64,000 bases of DNA. Origin: Thermoplasmata archaeon. GTDB taxonomy: Archaea > Thermoplasmatota > Thermoplasmata > GCA-020350865. Where the stretch lies: NCBI GenBank assembly GCA_020348445.1, contig CP070751.1:4886101-4950100 (forward strand). Reading direction: 5' to 3'. Positions within the stretch are counted from its first letter, which is position 1; each line of letters starts with the position of its first letter. The notes under the pieces are model-generated. The model did no database searches. It worked only from the letters and a program-made list of their open reading frames with translations, and had not been told where the DNA came from. This document shows positions 55,069 to 64,000 of the stretch, in pieces. The translations under genes were made by a program, and so were the position numbers.

Positions 55069-55275
55069 TTAATCACCTCTATAAACGGTTATTATAAATA
55101 AATGGCAAGGTTTTTTCTTATAAACCACTTCGATATTTCTGTGAAACGAAACTATCTTTTTTTTTCGCAATTTCTTTGCACCCTTATTGATAGTCTCAAC
55201 CATTTCCCTTTTAGACACACCCCGTTCTATCATCATATCTTGGGCATGTCTTGTGGGCCTGATTTTACATTCCAT
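55069..55275 (-). CDS. DUF4258-family putative RelE-like toxin
   Basis: TRHAQDMMIERGVSKREMVETINKG...IITVY signature; 68 aa; directly upstream of the antitoxin. Confidence 0.8.
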   Translation of the reverse strand: MECKIRPTRHAQDMMIERGVSKREMVETINKGAKKLRKKKIVSFHRNIEVVYKKKPCHLFIITVYRGD

Positions 55276-55277
55276 AA

Positions 55278-55328
55278 ATATACATGTATATACAGGTATT
55301 TATTTGTATCTATTAAAATATACGTATA
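55278..55328. promoter_or_regulatory. TATAC/GTATA palindromic operators over the TA promoter
   Basis: ATATACATGTATAT (55278-55291, perfect 14 bp), overlapping TATAC-AG-GTATT (55289-55300), and TATACGTATA (55319-55328, perfect 10 bp). Confidence 0.55.
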
Positions 55329-55591
55329 ATGCTAATTTCTTTTTACATTTCTATCATACTGAAATTATGCAATTTCGTTCATATTATAGGAGATGGATAG
55401 GGGGAATGGAGATTGAAATATCCCATGTCGGGATAATTACTGGGATGAAGTCTGGGATACATGGAACCAAAGTGATATAAATTTATATATGAGAATATCC
55501 GTATATAACTTAAGGCGAGGACAACTAAAAGCAAAGGGCCCTAATGATAAATTGCTTGAATGAAATGTAAATATCTTGGAAGGAAAACATC

Positions 55592-56311
55592 ATGAAAATT
55601 AAAGCCTCGGTTATTGTAATCTATGCACTATTACTATTAACTGCTTTTAATAGTGGGTGCTTTGAAGAAGATGGAGACGATAAAAAAGAGAGAAAAGTAA
55701 AAATCACTGAGGTTTCTCAGAATCCTAAATATCCTAAAGCGGGCGAAGAAATAATTATAACTGTATACGTTGAGAATTGTTCAGGAGTGGAGTTTAATCG
55801 TATGACATATTTTATGGGTGGAAACGTTGGAGGTTGGGGTATGGATAAAGTCAGTGATGGAAAGTATGAAACAAAGATTGGCCCTTTTAGCAATGGAACT
55901 GAGGTTTGGTATATTGTGAGTGCTAGCGGGTATAATGATGCCATATTTGTTACAGAGGAATATATAATACAAATAGGAGAAATTGAAAGAAGTGATGTTA
56001 CAACTCTAGCAATATTAAATATTCATCATTCTCCACAAAATCCGACAACGAAGGATTCTATTGTAACAATTACAGCAGATATTACAAGTAATATTACTCT
56101 CTCTTTAGCCTGGTTTGGTTTCGCATGGTTTTCCCGTAGTGAACAGTCCGGTCGAGGTGGGAAGATGCTTTATGTAAGTGGAAATACATATGAAAGTCAG
56201 ATATATTTGCCTTATGAAAATAAAAAAGGAACACAGGTATATTACAAAATAGCAGCACAGGATGAATCAGGAAATACAGCAGTGTCTCCAACATTTAATT
56301 TTACAATTTGA
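55592..56311 (+). CDS. Putative lipoprotein with two Ig-like repeats
   Basis: Signal ending AFNSG-C followed by FEEDGDDKKE; two related halves (ITEVSQNPKYP...VWYIVSA and ILNIHHSPQNP...VYYKIAA). Confidence 0.65.
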   Translation: MKIKASVIVIYALLLLTAFNSGCFEEDGDDKKERKVKITEVSQNPKYPKAGEEIIITVYVENCSGVEFNRMTYFMGGNVGGWGMDKVSDGKYETKIGPFSNGTEVWYIVSASGYNDAIFVTEEYIIQIGEIERSDVTTLAILNIHHSPQNPTTKDSIVTITADITSNITLSLAWFGFAWFSRSEQSGRGGKMLYVSGNTYESQIYLPYENKKGTQVYYKIAAQDESGNTAVSPTFNFTI

Positions 56312-56332
56312 TAAATAAACCCACCCAGATCG

Positions 56333-57601
56333 TTATTCCCTAAAAAACACACATACATCAGCCACATTCGTTCCCGTGGGCCCTGTCTTGATCAATCCAC
56401 CACAACCGCAAAAGAATGAATAAGAATCATTGTTTTCCAAAAATGTGTTTATATTGTACTCCATCGCCCGGGAGTTCTCCAAAACCCCATTATCACCTAT
56501 TGCCCCCGCAGCGTCAGTCATCCCATCAATCCCATCAGTACCAATGGAGACTATAATACCATTTTTTAATTCTTTCAATCCCGCCAAAACGAATTCCTGA
56601 TTTCTACCTCCCTGACCGCTCCCCTTAACAGTTACAGAAGTTTCTCCACCACCGATTATTACTTCACCATCGATTCTCATGAAGGTTTTTACAGCTAGAC
56701 GGGCTTCTCCGTGGAGGAATCCTCCATATCGAGTAGCAGCATATCCCAAAGACCTTGCCTTGTTGAGCATGGTTTCTTGTGCCCTGTCGTTATCTGCAAT
56801 AATATATGTTTCCACATTTTGAAAATAATTATCTTCGATGGGCCTATAACTTTTAATTTTTTTGAGAGTGTTATCCTCTAGTTTCTCCAGTAAATTGTAT
56901 TTTTTTACAACATCTTCAGGCTGAATTTTAAATGGATCCCACACTGTAGCGCCCGAGGCTATGTCTTCTAAATTATTTCCTGGGACATCAGAAATCACCA
57001 AATTAATGATCTTTGCAGGATAGGCAGCCTTGGCCAATCCACCGCCTTTACTTGAGGATAACGCCCTACGTATTGAGTTCATTTCATGAATGTCTGCTCC
57101 TGAGTCTAAAAGGAGTTTATAAGAATCTCTCAGATCCTCTAACTCTATACCATTTTGTGGTACCTCGAACATGGAAGAGCCACCTCCAGATATAAGGCAT
57201 AATAGAGTGTCCTCCTCTTTCAGTGCCTCTGCAATCGCAAGGAGCTTCCTTCCACTATCCAGCGATGACTCATCAGGTAAGGGGTGAGCTCCAGAAGAAG
57301 TGCGAATTTTTGAATTGCTCAATGATTTATCTTCCTCAGGCAAAGTTATTATATGGCCACCTAAAATATCTCCTTGATAGTTATTTTTAAATGCGGATAA
57401 CATTCCAATCGAAGCTTTCCCCCATCCAAGTACAGTGACTTCTGGTGGTAACTGTATGATCCCTCTCAAGAAAAAATCATTCACTGCTTTTTCTGGTAAG
57501 ACAGATAATACTCCTGCTTCTAGTATATCCAAAACATGGGCTCTTCCTATAGCTTCACCATCTACATCCAGCAACTCTTTTTGATTCTGAAAAATGCTCA
57601 T
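56333..57601 (-). CDS. gck: Glycerate kinase type 2 (MOFRL/DUF4147 family)
   Basis: GWGKAS, GAHPLPD, LISGGGSSM, SDVPG, IASG, GGETSV, GGRNQE, GTDGIDG, TGPTGTNVAD. Confidence 0.92.
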   Translation of the reverse strand: MSIFQNQKELLDVDGEAIGRAHVLDILEAGVLSVLPEKAVNDFFLRGIIQLPPEVTVLGWGKASIGMLSAFKNNYQGDILGGHIITLPEEDKSLSNSKIRTSSGAHPLPDESSLDSGRKLLAIAEALKEEDTLLCLISGGGSSMFEVPQNGIELEDLRDSYKLLLDSGADIHEMNSIRRALSSSKGGGLAKAAYPAKIINLVISDVPGNNLEDIASGATVWDPFKIQPEDVVKKYNLLEKLEDNTLKKIKSYRPIEDNYFQNVETYIIADNDRAQETMLNKARSLGYAATRYGGFLHGEARLAVKTFMRIDGEVIIGGGETSVTVKGSGQGGRNQEFVLAGLKELKNGIIVSIGTDGIDGMTDAAGAIGDNGVLENSRAMEYNINTFLENNDSYSFFCGCGGLIKTGPTGTNVADVCVFFRE

Positions 57602-58572
57602 GCTCCCAATACCTCGGGATTAACTATGTGAGTCGGTTTTCTACCCTCAAGTACATCTATCACCGCAGAAGCCGCCATCTCAGCCATTTTTGATCTTGTC
57701 TCTAAACTAGCACTGCCCATATGGGGTGCCAGCACAACATTATCGAGTTCATACAACTTAGGATTGACATTGGTTGGCTCTCCCCAAAATACATCCAGAC
57801 CTGCTCCTCGAATCTTTTTATCTTTCAATACTTCAAGTAAGGCAGGCTCATCCACAACCTCGCCCCTAGAGGTGTTTATCAGAATGGCACTTGGTTTCAT
57901 GAGTTCAAATTCTCTCTTACCAATGAGACCTTTTGTCGCAGAAGTAAGAGGCACATGCAGTGATACAAAATCAGACTTATTTAGCAACTCATCCAATTCA
58001 GCATACTTCACACCTAGTTCCTGTTCGACATTTGGTTTTCTATTGGCACTGTGATATAACACCTGCATATCAAAACCCAAGGCACGCTTTGCTACAAGTA
58101 TACCGATTCTTCCCAATCCGATTACGCCCAATGTCTTACCGTATACATCAGTGCCCAGCATCAATTCAGGAGCCCAACCTCTGAATTTACCCTCACGCAT
58201 GAACTTGTCTCCCTCAGGAATACGCCTTGCAGTAGCAATAAGGAGGGCAAAAGCCAAATCGGCTGTGGTCTCAGAAAGCACTCCAGGTGTGTTGGTCACT
58301 ATTATACCTTTTGAGGTTGCATAATCCACATCTATGTTATTGTAGCCAACAGCGTAGTTTGAGATTATCTTAAGATTTGAGCCTGCTTCGATAATATCCT
58401 TGTCTATGGTATCGGTTAACAGGCAGACGAGTGCATCTACATCCTTGACACCGGATGCAATTTCCTCTTTGGTAAGAACCCTGTCATGAGGATTGACCTC
58501 TACTTCGTATTTTTCTTTCAGCATCCTTATTCCTGGCTCTGGAAGGGCCCGTGTGATAAATACTTGCTTCAT
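57598..58572 (-). CDS. gyaR: Glyoxylate/hydroxypyruvate reductase (D-2-hydroxyacid dehydrogenase)
   Basis: YAVGYNNIDV, TNTPGVLSETTAD, GVIGLGRIG, INTSRGEVVDE, AGLDVF, PHMGSA; ATGA overlap with gck. Confidence 0.9.
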   Translation of the reverse strand: MKQVFITRALPEPGIRMLKEKYEVEVNPHDRVLTKEEIASGVKDVDALVCLLTDTIDKDIIEAGSNLKIISNYAVGYNNIDVDYATSKGIIVTNTPGVLSETTADLAFALLIATARRIPEGDKFMREGKFRGWAPELMLGTDVYGKTLGVIGLGRIGILVAKRALGFDMQVLYHSANRKPNVEQELGVKYAELDELLNKSDFVSLHVPLTSATKGLIGKREFELMKPSAILINTSRGEVVDEPALLEVLKDKKIRGAGLDVFWGEPTNVNPKLYELDNVVLAPHMGSASLETRSKMAEMAASAVIDVLEGRKPTHIVNPEVLGA

Positions 58573-58655
58573 AATTAGCAGAATGCAAAAGAGGGTTTAA
58601 AAAGTTGTGTCTCTTCGTATCTGCTCAACCTATTCATCTTTGTAAGCAAACTCAA

Positions 58656-59582
58656 TCAAAACAAAAATAGTATCGCCACACCACATACTGCAACCAAAGC
58701 CCCTAGTATCCCCCTTGAGGTTGTCTTTTCCCTGTAAAGGACCCAAACCATGGGTATTATGATAACTGGTGTTAGGGCCATCAGGGTCATGGCAATACCT
58801 GCCAGGGCATATGTCACAGCCACCATTGAGAGCCAGACACCTAGAAACGGTCCCACAAAGGCACCTGCTGAAGTCAGTTTGATAGCACGCCTATCTGAAA
58901 AACCGGATTTCATCTCATGAAACTTGCCCATTGCAATAATGCAAATCCAGACAAAAATCGCCCCAACAACCATCCTAATCAAGGCAGCAGAGAGAGAATC
59001 CAATGGAACAGAGGGATCGTCTGCCACAGTTACCATCCCATACTTAGAAATGACAAGACCTACACCTTGACCTACTGCACCAATTATTCCAAGAAATATA
59101 CCCAATTTCTTTTTCTCTGGTTCTATCTTATAATCATCTGGATCCTCTTTCTTTTCAAGAATCACGATTATGATTCCAATAAGTGTGACAGTAATACCTA
59201 TTGCAGACCAGATTCCCAAGCCCTCGTTGAGTACTATAAAACCCGCGAACACCGAGCACACGGGAGCTAGAGCCATGAGAAGCAGTGATCTTTTAGGACC
59301 GATAATCACGAAGGCGGCAAACAATGCAAAATCTCCTATCCCAAGACCCACTATTCCAGATATTCCCATCCAGAACCACTGGGCAGAATTTGCGGCCGGG
59401 AGAATAGTCCCGAAAAAGATGATGTGTGTCAGTCCCAAGAATGTACAGGCAAGAAGAATCCGAAATGCATTGACGCTGATTGCACCTATGCGCTTGCCTG
59501 CTGCAGTAAAGAGAATCGAGTTTGCTGTCCAAAGTACGGCAACAATGACTGCAGCTGTTTCTCCGAGTAGGGGTGGGGCCAT
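58656..59582 (-). CDS. DMT/EamA-family transporter
   Basis: About 10 TM segments in two EamA halves; GIVGLGIGDFALF, GILGALVAVCGVAILF. Start moved to the ATG at 59582. Confidence 0.88.
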   Translation of the reverse strand: MAPPLLGETAAVIVAVLWTANSILFTAAGKRIGAISVNAFRILLACTFLGLTHIIFFGTILPAANSAQWFWMGISGIVGLGIGDFALFAAFVIIGPKRSLLLMALAPVCSVFAGFIVLNEGLGIWSAIGITVTLIGIIIVILEKKEDPDDYKIEPEKKKLGIFLGIIGAVGQGVGLVISKYGMVTVADDPSVPLDSLSAALIRMVVGAIFVWICIIAMGKFHEMKSGFSDRRAIKLTSAGAFVGPFLGVWLSMVAVTYALAGIAMTLMALTPVIIIPMVWVLYREKTTSRGILGALVAVCGVAILFLF

Positions 59583-59740
59583 GGGTGCACCTTGTAAAGA
59601 CACTATGCAGAAACTTGTTAGGCTGAACCCGTATATTTCTATTCTATAATAAATAAATTGGAAAATAAAACCTATTCATAGCATTTAATCTCAAAAACTC
59701 ATAAGGATTAATTCATAGAAACTTTATTGCATTGTGCAAA

Positions 59741-62700
59741 TCACAGCGGAACGTTCCAGGTCACATCCTCTTTAGAATGGATATAGTAACCCTGTCCTTT
59801 CCTGAAAAGATCATTTTCACCCATCTTTTGCCACACATTTGAGTACGCGTCATACCACATTATGAGATTAATTTGGGTATCGAAATTTATGTTATTCAGC
59901 CCCTTCGTTCTGTTGTAGCTTGTAAGAGATGGATAAGCCACAAGGTTCCAACCAAGATGTAGGTTGATCTGTTGTGATTCCGTGGGTCGCAAGCCATAGA
60001 ACTCAAATAAAATCCCCGAAGGTTCGGTTATATGTATCCAGAATCCCATGGTGTTGTCGATACCACCCAAATCGTTAAGATGAGATGGTTTTGAAATATG
60101 GTGATGTTTCCAGGGATCATTCGCATCGGTTGCATTGTACCACTGAACTGCGTCATAAGAACCAGCGATGGACGCCAAAACGGTGTTCAAATCTGTATTA
60201 GTTTGGATATATGGAATGGAAATGAGATTCCAACCATAACATAGGAATATGGTGTTTTCATTGTACGGGTACATTAACGGATAGTAATCCTGGTTCCCGG
60301 TACCTCCTCCAATGTCAATATACGATGAGTCCCCTATCCCATCACTACCCCAGATATCCTGACCTGGACCCTTGTATTCGTCTGCACCTGAATAATCGTT
60401 GAAGTAGTTACCTCCTGTGGGATATGAAGTGTTCCATTTATTGATTAAGCCGTTGTCGTATCCTTGGTTGGTATTTCCAATCAAATTGTTATTGAAGATT
60501 TTGTTCGATTCTGATGATTCCAGATATATGCCGTAATCGCTACTTGAAACATTGTTGTATTTGATCAAATTGTTATTTGCCGATTTGAGATAGATACAAA
60601 TACCATTTCCTTTACTACCATCTGATCCATCAAATCCCCTTTTACCCCCGGCTCCTCCAACAATCGAGGATATCGAATTATATACGATGTCAAAATCCCA
60701 TGAGGATTCCATATATAGACCGACACCAAGTCCGCCTCGACCCCCTGATCCAAACCAACCACCAACTCCCCCCGTTCCACCTGTGACAGAGGAAAGAGTA
60801 TTGGTCGTTATGTAATTGAGATTCGAGTAGTACAGGTAGATACCCACACCAGTTCCGCCGATTCCTCCGTTTGCCTCGTATCCTCCATCGCCTGCCTCCC
60901 CGCCAGTAATTGAAGAGATTATATTGGAAACAAGGGTGATGTTGGTAGAAAATCGAAGATTGATACCGCAACCAGTTTCACCATTTTCTCCAATTACATG
61001 ATATCCCTTGTTTCCCCCGGCTAAACCTCGATAGTTGGCAATTACATTGTGTTTTATCGTGATGTTATCGCATTCGATTAAGGCTATCTTTCCGTAATTC
61101 GTGGGATTGGAATTTGCCTCCAAGGAGTATCCCTCTATTGTGATATTGGCTTGACTATAGTAGTAGATAATCGCATCACCATCAATGATGTTAGTTGTTT
61201 CAACTTTATTATCCAATGAATCCTGATCAATAAATAAACCGAATCCCACCTGATTGTTGCCTTTATAATCACCAGATTGGCCCTCATTACCCCCGAGTCC
61301 TCCTGTAATGGACGTCAAGGTGTTACTGGAAATATTATTATTTGTAGAAGATTGGAAATAAAAACCAACACCCATACCTCCTGTTCCACCGGTGGCATCG
61401 TTCCCTCCCCTTCCTCCTTTTCCTCCCTCGATTGATGAAATGACATTTGAGGATATGTTGTTATCCGAGGAAGACAGAAGATATATCCCAGCACCGACTC
61501 CACCTGTACCTCCCGCGGTATGTTCCTCACCAGTTCCACCAGTTCCTCCGAAGATAAAGGAGACTGTATTTGAAGTTATATTGGAATGCGTAACTGATCT
61601 AAGATATATCCCTGTCCCCATTCCACCTAACCTCATGTGCTGTCGGAATTCCCAGGTTTCCGCACCCATTCCATGATAGTTTGCTACCTCGTTGTTTTGT
61701 ACGGTAATAGAATGACAGTTGATACAGGCTATCTTCCCGAAGTTAGTGGGATTTGAATTTGCCAGAAGAACGTAATTTTCGATGAGAACATCTGTCTCGT
61801 TATAACGGTAAACAATAGGATCTCCGTCCAGGGTATTGGATAACATTATGCTATTGTTCAGTGAATCAGAATGAATATATATCCCAAATCCAACCTGTGA
61901 TGCACCGGGGGAGCCATGGAATCCTCCAGCTGCACCTGCTCCACCGTTAACATTCGATATCGTATTAGTAGAAATATTATTTTTAATGGACGAGTTAATA
62001 TATATCCCGCAACCAACTCCCCCTTCCCCACCGGAGCTATACCTTCCGCCCAGTCCACCAAGTCCACCACTAGACGACGGGATGATATTTGAAATGAGGT
62101 TGTTATTTGTTGAGTACAAAAGATAAATACCAGCACTGATTCCCCCTGAGCCGCCCGCTGATTGATAGCCCCCATTACCACCTGCTCCTCCGTGCAAGGA
62201 AGATAAATTGTTGGAGAAAATATCATTTCCCGTGCATGATTTAAGATAAATTCCAGTGCCTATCCCGCCATTACCTCCATCTATCCTTACGGTTCCACCA
62301 GTTCCCCCTGTAATCAATGATATATTATTGTAAGAGGCATTGCTTTGCTCACACAAAAAAAGATATATGCCTGTGCCCAAACCTCCAGGAGTAATAAATT
62401 GATCGTAATCACCTGTCTCCTGGCTCATTCCTGTAAAGTTTGAGATGATATTGTTCTTTATTTCAATGTTCATACACTCTATGCATACTATCTTACCCAA
62501 ATTAGTGGGATTTGAGTCAGCTTCAAGAATATAGTTATCGATGATGACCCCCGTCTTATTATAATAATAAACCACAGGATCACCGTCAACTGTGTTGGTG
62601 TTGAAAATCTCGTTGTCAAACGAATTCTCTTCAATGAATATTCCAAAACCCACTTGATCTGCCCCGTTGGAGCTGCTGAGTCCTCCGACTTCCCCTTCCC

Positions 62701-63511
62701 CTCCATTGACTGCAGATATCGTGTTTGAAGAAATATTATTTCTCAAAGATTGTTTGAGATATATTCCGGTTCCGATCCCACCGCAACCACCTCCCACTGC
62801 GTAATTTCCTCCCGTACCTCCTTTTCCTCCCGTCATGTTGAAGATGATGTTAGAAAAGATCCGGTTATTAGAAGATGAACGTAGATAAATTCCCGCCCCT
62901 GTCCCTCCGGTGCCACCTGCGCCCCAATGTCCTGAGTTTCCCCCTCGTCCCCCTGATACTGACGATATGTTGTTATCATGGATTGTTGCTTGCTCAGATG
63001 AATCAAGATAAATCCCAGAACCTACATTACCATCACCTGCAGGAATATACCATTCGGTAATGCTTGTTCCTGGAAATCCAGTAATGTTCTTGATGATATT
63101 ACCATATATACAGCAATTGTCACCTGTGACATTAATCCCGCAGGAGCCGTTTTCGATTGTAAATCCAGTTATATTTACCCAGGGCGCACTGACGAAGACG
63201 ACATTCCCACCTCCGACTCCGTCAATGATAGTTATGTTCCTATCCTCGCCTGTCAAATTGATTCTTTTGTTAACCACAACATCCTCGTAGTACCTCCCAC
63301 TATAGACAAAGATTGTATCGCCGTCAAATCCTGCGGTTATGGCATCCTGGATCGAGTCATAGGCTCCATTTGATCCTGTTTCATTCACATAAATGGTGTC
63401 ACCTGCGACATTCCCAATTAAAATGTTTGAGCTGTCGAAAACACAGAGCACAGTTATACCTGCGAGGGATAATAGTATACAAACCCATAGTGATATAAAT
63501 CGATTTAACAT
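59741..63511 (-). CDS. Exported beta-helix protein (1256 aa) with Gly-rich loop insertions and a duplicated GWNL C-terminal domain
   Basis: Signal-like N-terminus; YVNETGS..SIQDAI cap; about 17 GGxGGxGG..GGxGGxGxGIYL coils; GGNYFNDY cap; C-terminal GWNLISIP..GFWIH and GWNLVAYP..GYYIH; no C-terminal TM. Confidence 0.85.
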   Translation of the reverse strand: MLNRFISLWVCILLSLAGITVLCVFDSSNILIGNVAGDTIYVNETGSNGAYDSIQDAITAGFDGDTIFVYSGRYYEDVVVNKRINLTGEDRNITIIDGVGGGNVVFVSAPWVNITGFTIENGSCGINVTGDNCCIYGNIIKNITGFPGTSITEWYIPAGDGNVGSGIYLDSSEQATIHDNNISSVSGGRGGNSGHWGAGGTGGTGAGIYLRSSSNNRIFSNIIFNMTGGKGGTGGNYAVGGGCGGIGTGIYLKQSLRNNISSNTISAVNGGEGEVGGLSSSNGADQVGFGIFIEENSFDNEIFNTNTVDGDPVVYYYNKTGVIIDNYILEADSNPTNLGKIVCIECMNIEIKNNIISNFTGMSQETGDYDQFITPGGLGTGIYLFLCEQSNASYNNISLITGGTGGTVRIDGGNGGIGTGIYLKSCTGNDIFSNNLSSLHGGAGGNGGYQSAGGSGGISAGIYLLYSTNNNLISNIIPSSSGGLGGLGGRYSSGGEGGVGCGIYINSSIKNNISTNTISNVNGGAGAAGGFHGSPGASQVGFGIYIHSDSLNNSIMLSNTLDGDPIVYRYNETDVLIENYVLLANSNPTNFGKIACINCHSITVQNNEVANYHGMGAETWEFRQHMRLGGMGTGIYLRSVTHSNITSNTVSFIFGGTGGTGEEHTAGGTGGVGAGIYLLSSSDNNISSNVISSIEGGKGGRGGNDATGGTGGMGVGFYFQSSTNNNISSNTLTSITGGLGGNEGQSGDYKGNNQVGFGLFIDQDSLDNKVETTNIIDGDAIIYYYSQANITIEGYSLEANSNPTNYGKIALIECDNITIKHNVIANYRGLAGGNKGYHVIGENGETGCGINLRFSTNITLVSNIISSITGGEAGDGGYEANGGIGGTGVGIYLYYSNLNYITTNTLSSVTGGTGGVGGWFGSGGRGGLGVGLYMESSWDFDIVYNSISSIVGGAGGKRGFDGSDGSKGNGICIYLKSANNNLIKYNNVSSSDYGIYLESSESNKIFNNNLIGNTNQGYDNGLINKWNTSYPTGGNYFNDYSGADEYKGPGQDIWGSDGIGDSSYIDIGGGTGNQDYYPLMYPYNENTIFLCYGWNLISIPYIQTNTDLNTVLASIAGSYDAVQWYNATDANDPWKHHHISKPSHLNDLGGIDNTMGFWIHITEPSGILFEFYGLRPTESQQINLHLGWNLVAYPSLTSYNRTKGLNNINFDTQINLIMWYDAYSNVWQKMGENDLFRKGQGYYIHSKEDVTWNVPL

Positions 63512-63598
63512 GATTTTCAGAAAAAGGAAACGCTATATCCATTTATAAATCTGCTGATATGTCCAGTTTCTAAATTCTGAGTGAATTTCCTAAAATGT

Positions 63599-64000
63599 TT
63601 AAGCTGTCCCTTCTACTAAATCTCTTATGTCATCCATTTCTGCATCGGTCTTAAATCCAGTGGGGGAAAAGTGTGTTTTGCATGCTGAAAAACCGTGTTT
63701 CTTAAGCCTTTGCATCATGTCATCCAATGAGAGTGGTTGGGTCTTTGTAAGGCTAGCTACCTCGTTTTGATCGTAGAAATAGGGGGGCATTTCAGCCTCT
63801 TCTATCCACAGCTCCAAATACTTCTTCAACCTCTTATTAGTGCCTAGGCTTTCATCTAGTTTCATATTCTTAAGGTAGGTCCTATCATGAATATCCCCTA
63901 TCCAAAGGGGCCCCGCAATCTGTTCACTTCCTAGTTCTTTTGGAATATCAACTACCTTCTTGCGATCTCCTGTTCTTTTATCGCGAATTAGGTATCCCAC
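63599..64000 (-). CDS. trm1: tRNA (guanine-26-N2)-dimethyltransferase, C-terminal part (5' end outside the window)
   Basis: AGPLWIGDIHD, EEAEMPPYFYD, GFSACKTHFSPTGFKTDA are Trm1 C-terminal motifs. Confidence 0.9.
   Translation of the reverse strand: MGYLIRDKRTGDRKKVVDIPKELGSEQIAGPLWIGDIHDRTYLKNMKLDESLGTNKRLKKYLELWIEEAEMPPYFYDQNEVASLTKTQPLSLDDMMQRLKKHGFSACKTHFSPTGFKTDAEMDDIRDLVEGTA

Noticed and set aside
55393-55562. Short frame MDRGNGD*NIPCRDNYWDEVW... with an internal TGA, and a 24-codon ORF behind GGGGG
   Set aside because: No recognisable homology and poor RBS spacing for the first; cannot be distinguished from chance or a decayed remnant.
51939-56330. Calling the AT-rich islet a mobile element
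   Set aside because: No integrase, transposase, att site, terminal repeat or target duplication is visible; reported only as a compositional anomaly.

Overview
64 kb of an archaeal chromosome, most likely an uncultured Thermoplasmatota (Thermoplasmata) lineage. This placement is inferred from DUF6015, the HVO_0476-family/pcm pair, Trm1, Dph2, rpe and GGTGA/GGAGG ribosome-binding sites. I support 39 CDS, two of them absent from the supplied ORF track: a Roadblock/LC7 gene at 1-354 and a 57-aa CxxC-x17-CxxC gene at 39459-39632. I see no rRNA, tRNA, CRISPR array, transposase or integrase. Five giant exported-protein genes (four beta-helix/NosD-type proteins and one S8 peptidase) total 30,666 bp, about 48% of the window. 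They are interspersed with housekeeping genes and with citrate-cleavage, acyl-CoA beta-oxidation-like and glycolate/glycerate genes. Best leads: (1) a Kelch-TM-SHOCT protein beside a double-wHTH regulator that also ends in a SHOCT-like helix, a candidate transmembrane signalling pair; (2) tandem surface beta-helix proteins with conserved cytoplasmic CxxC-x16-CxxC zinc-ribbon tails; (3) citF paired with a citrate-synthase-type citryl-CoA lyase and no ACP gene nearby; (4) a beta-helix whose coils carry about 17 Gly-rich hairpins with variable tips, followed by a duplicated GWNL C-terminal domain; (5) a DUF4258 / YgiT-zinc-finger-AbrB toxin-antitoxin pair with palindromic operators. All family calls come from motif recognition by eye; no searches were run.
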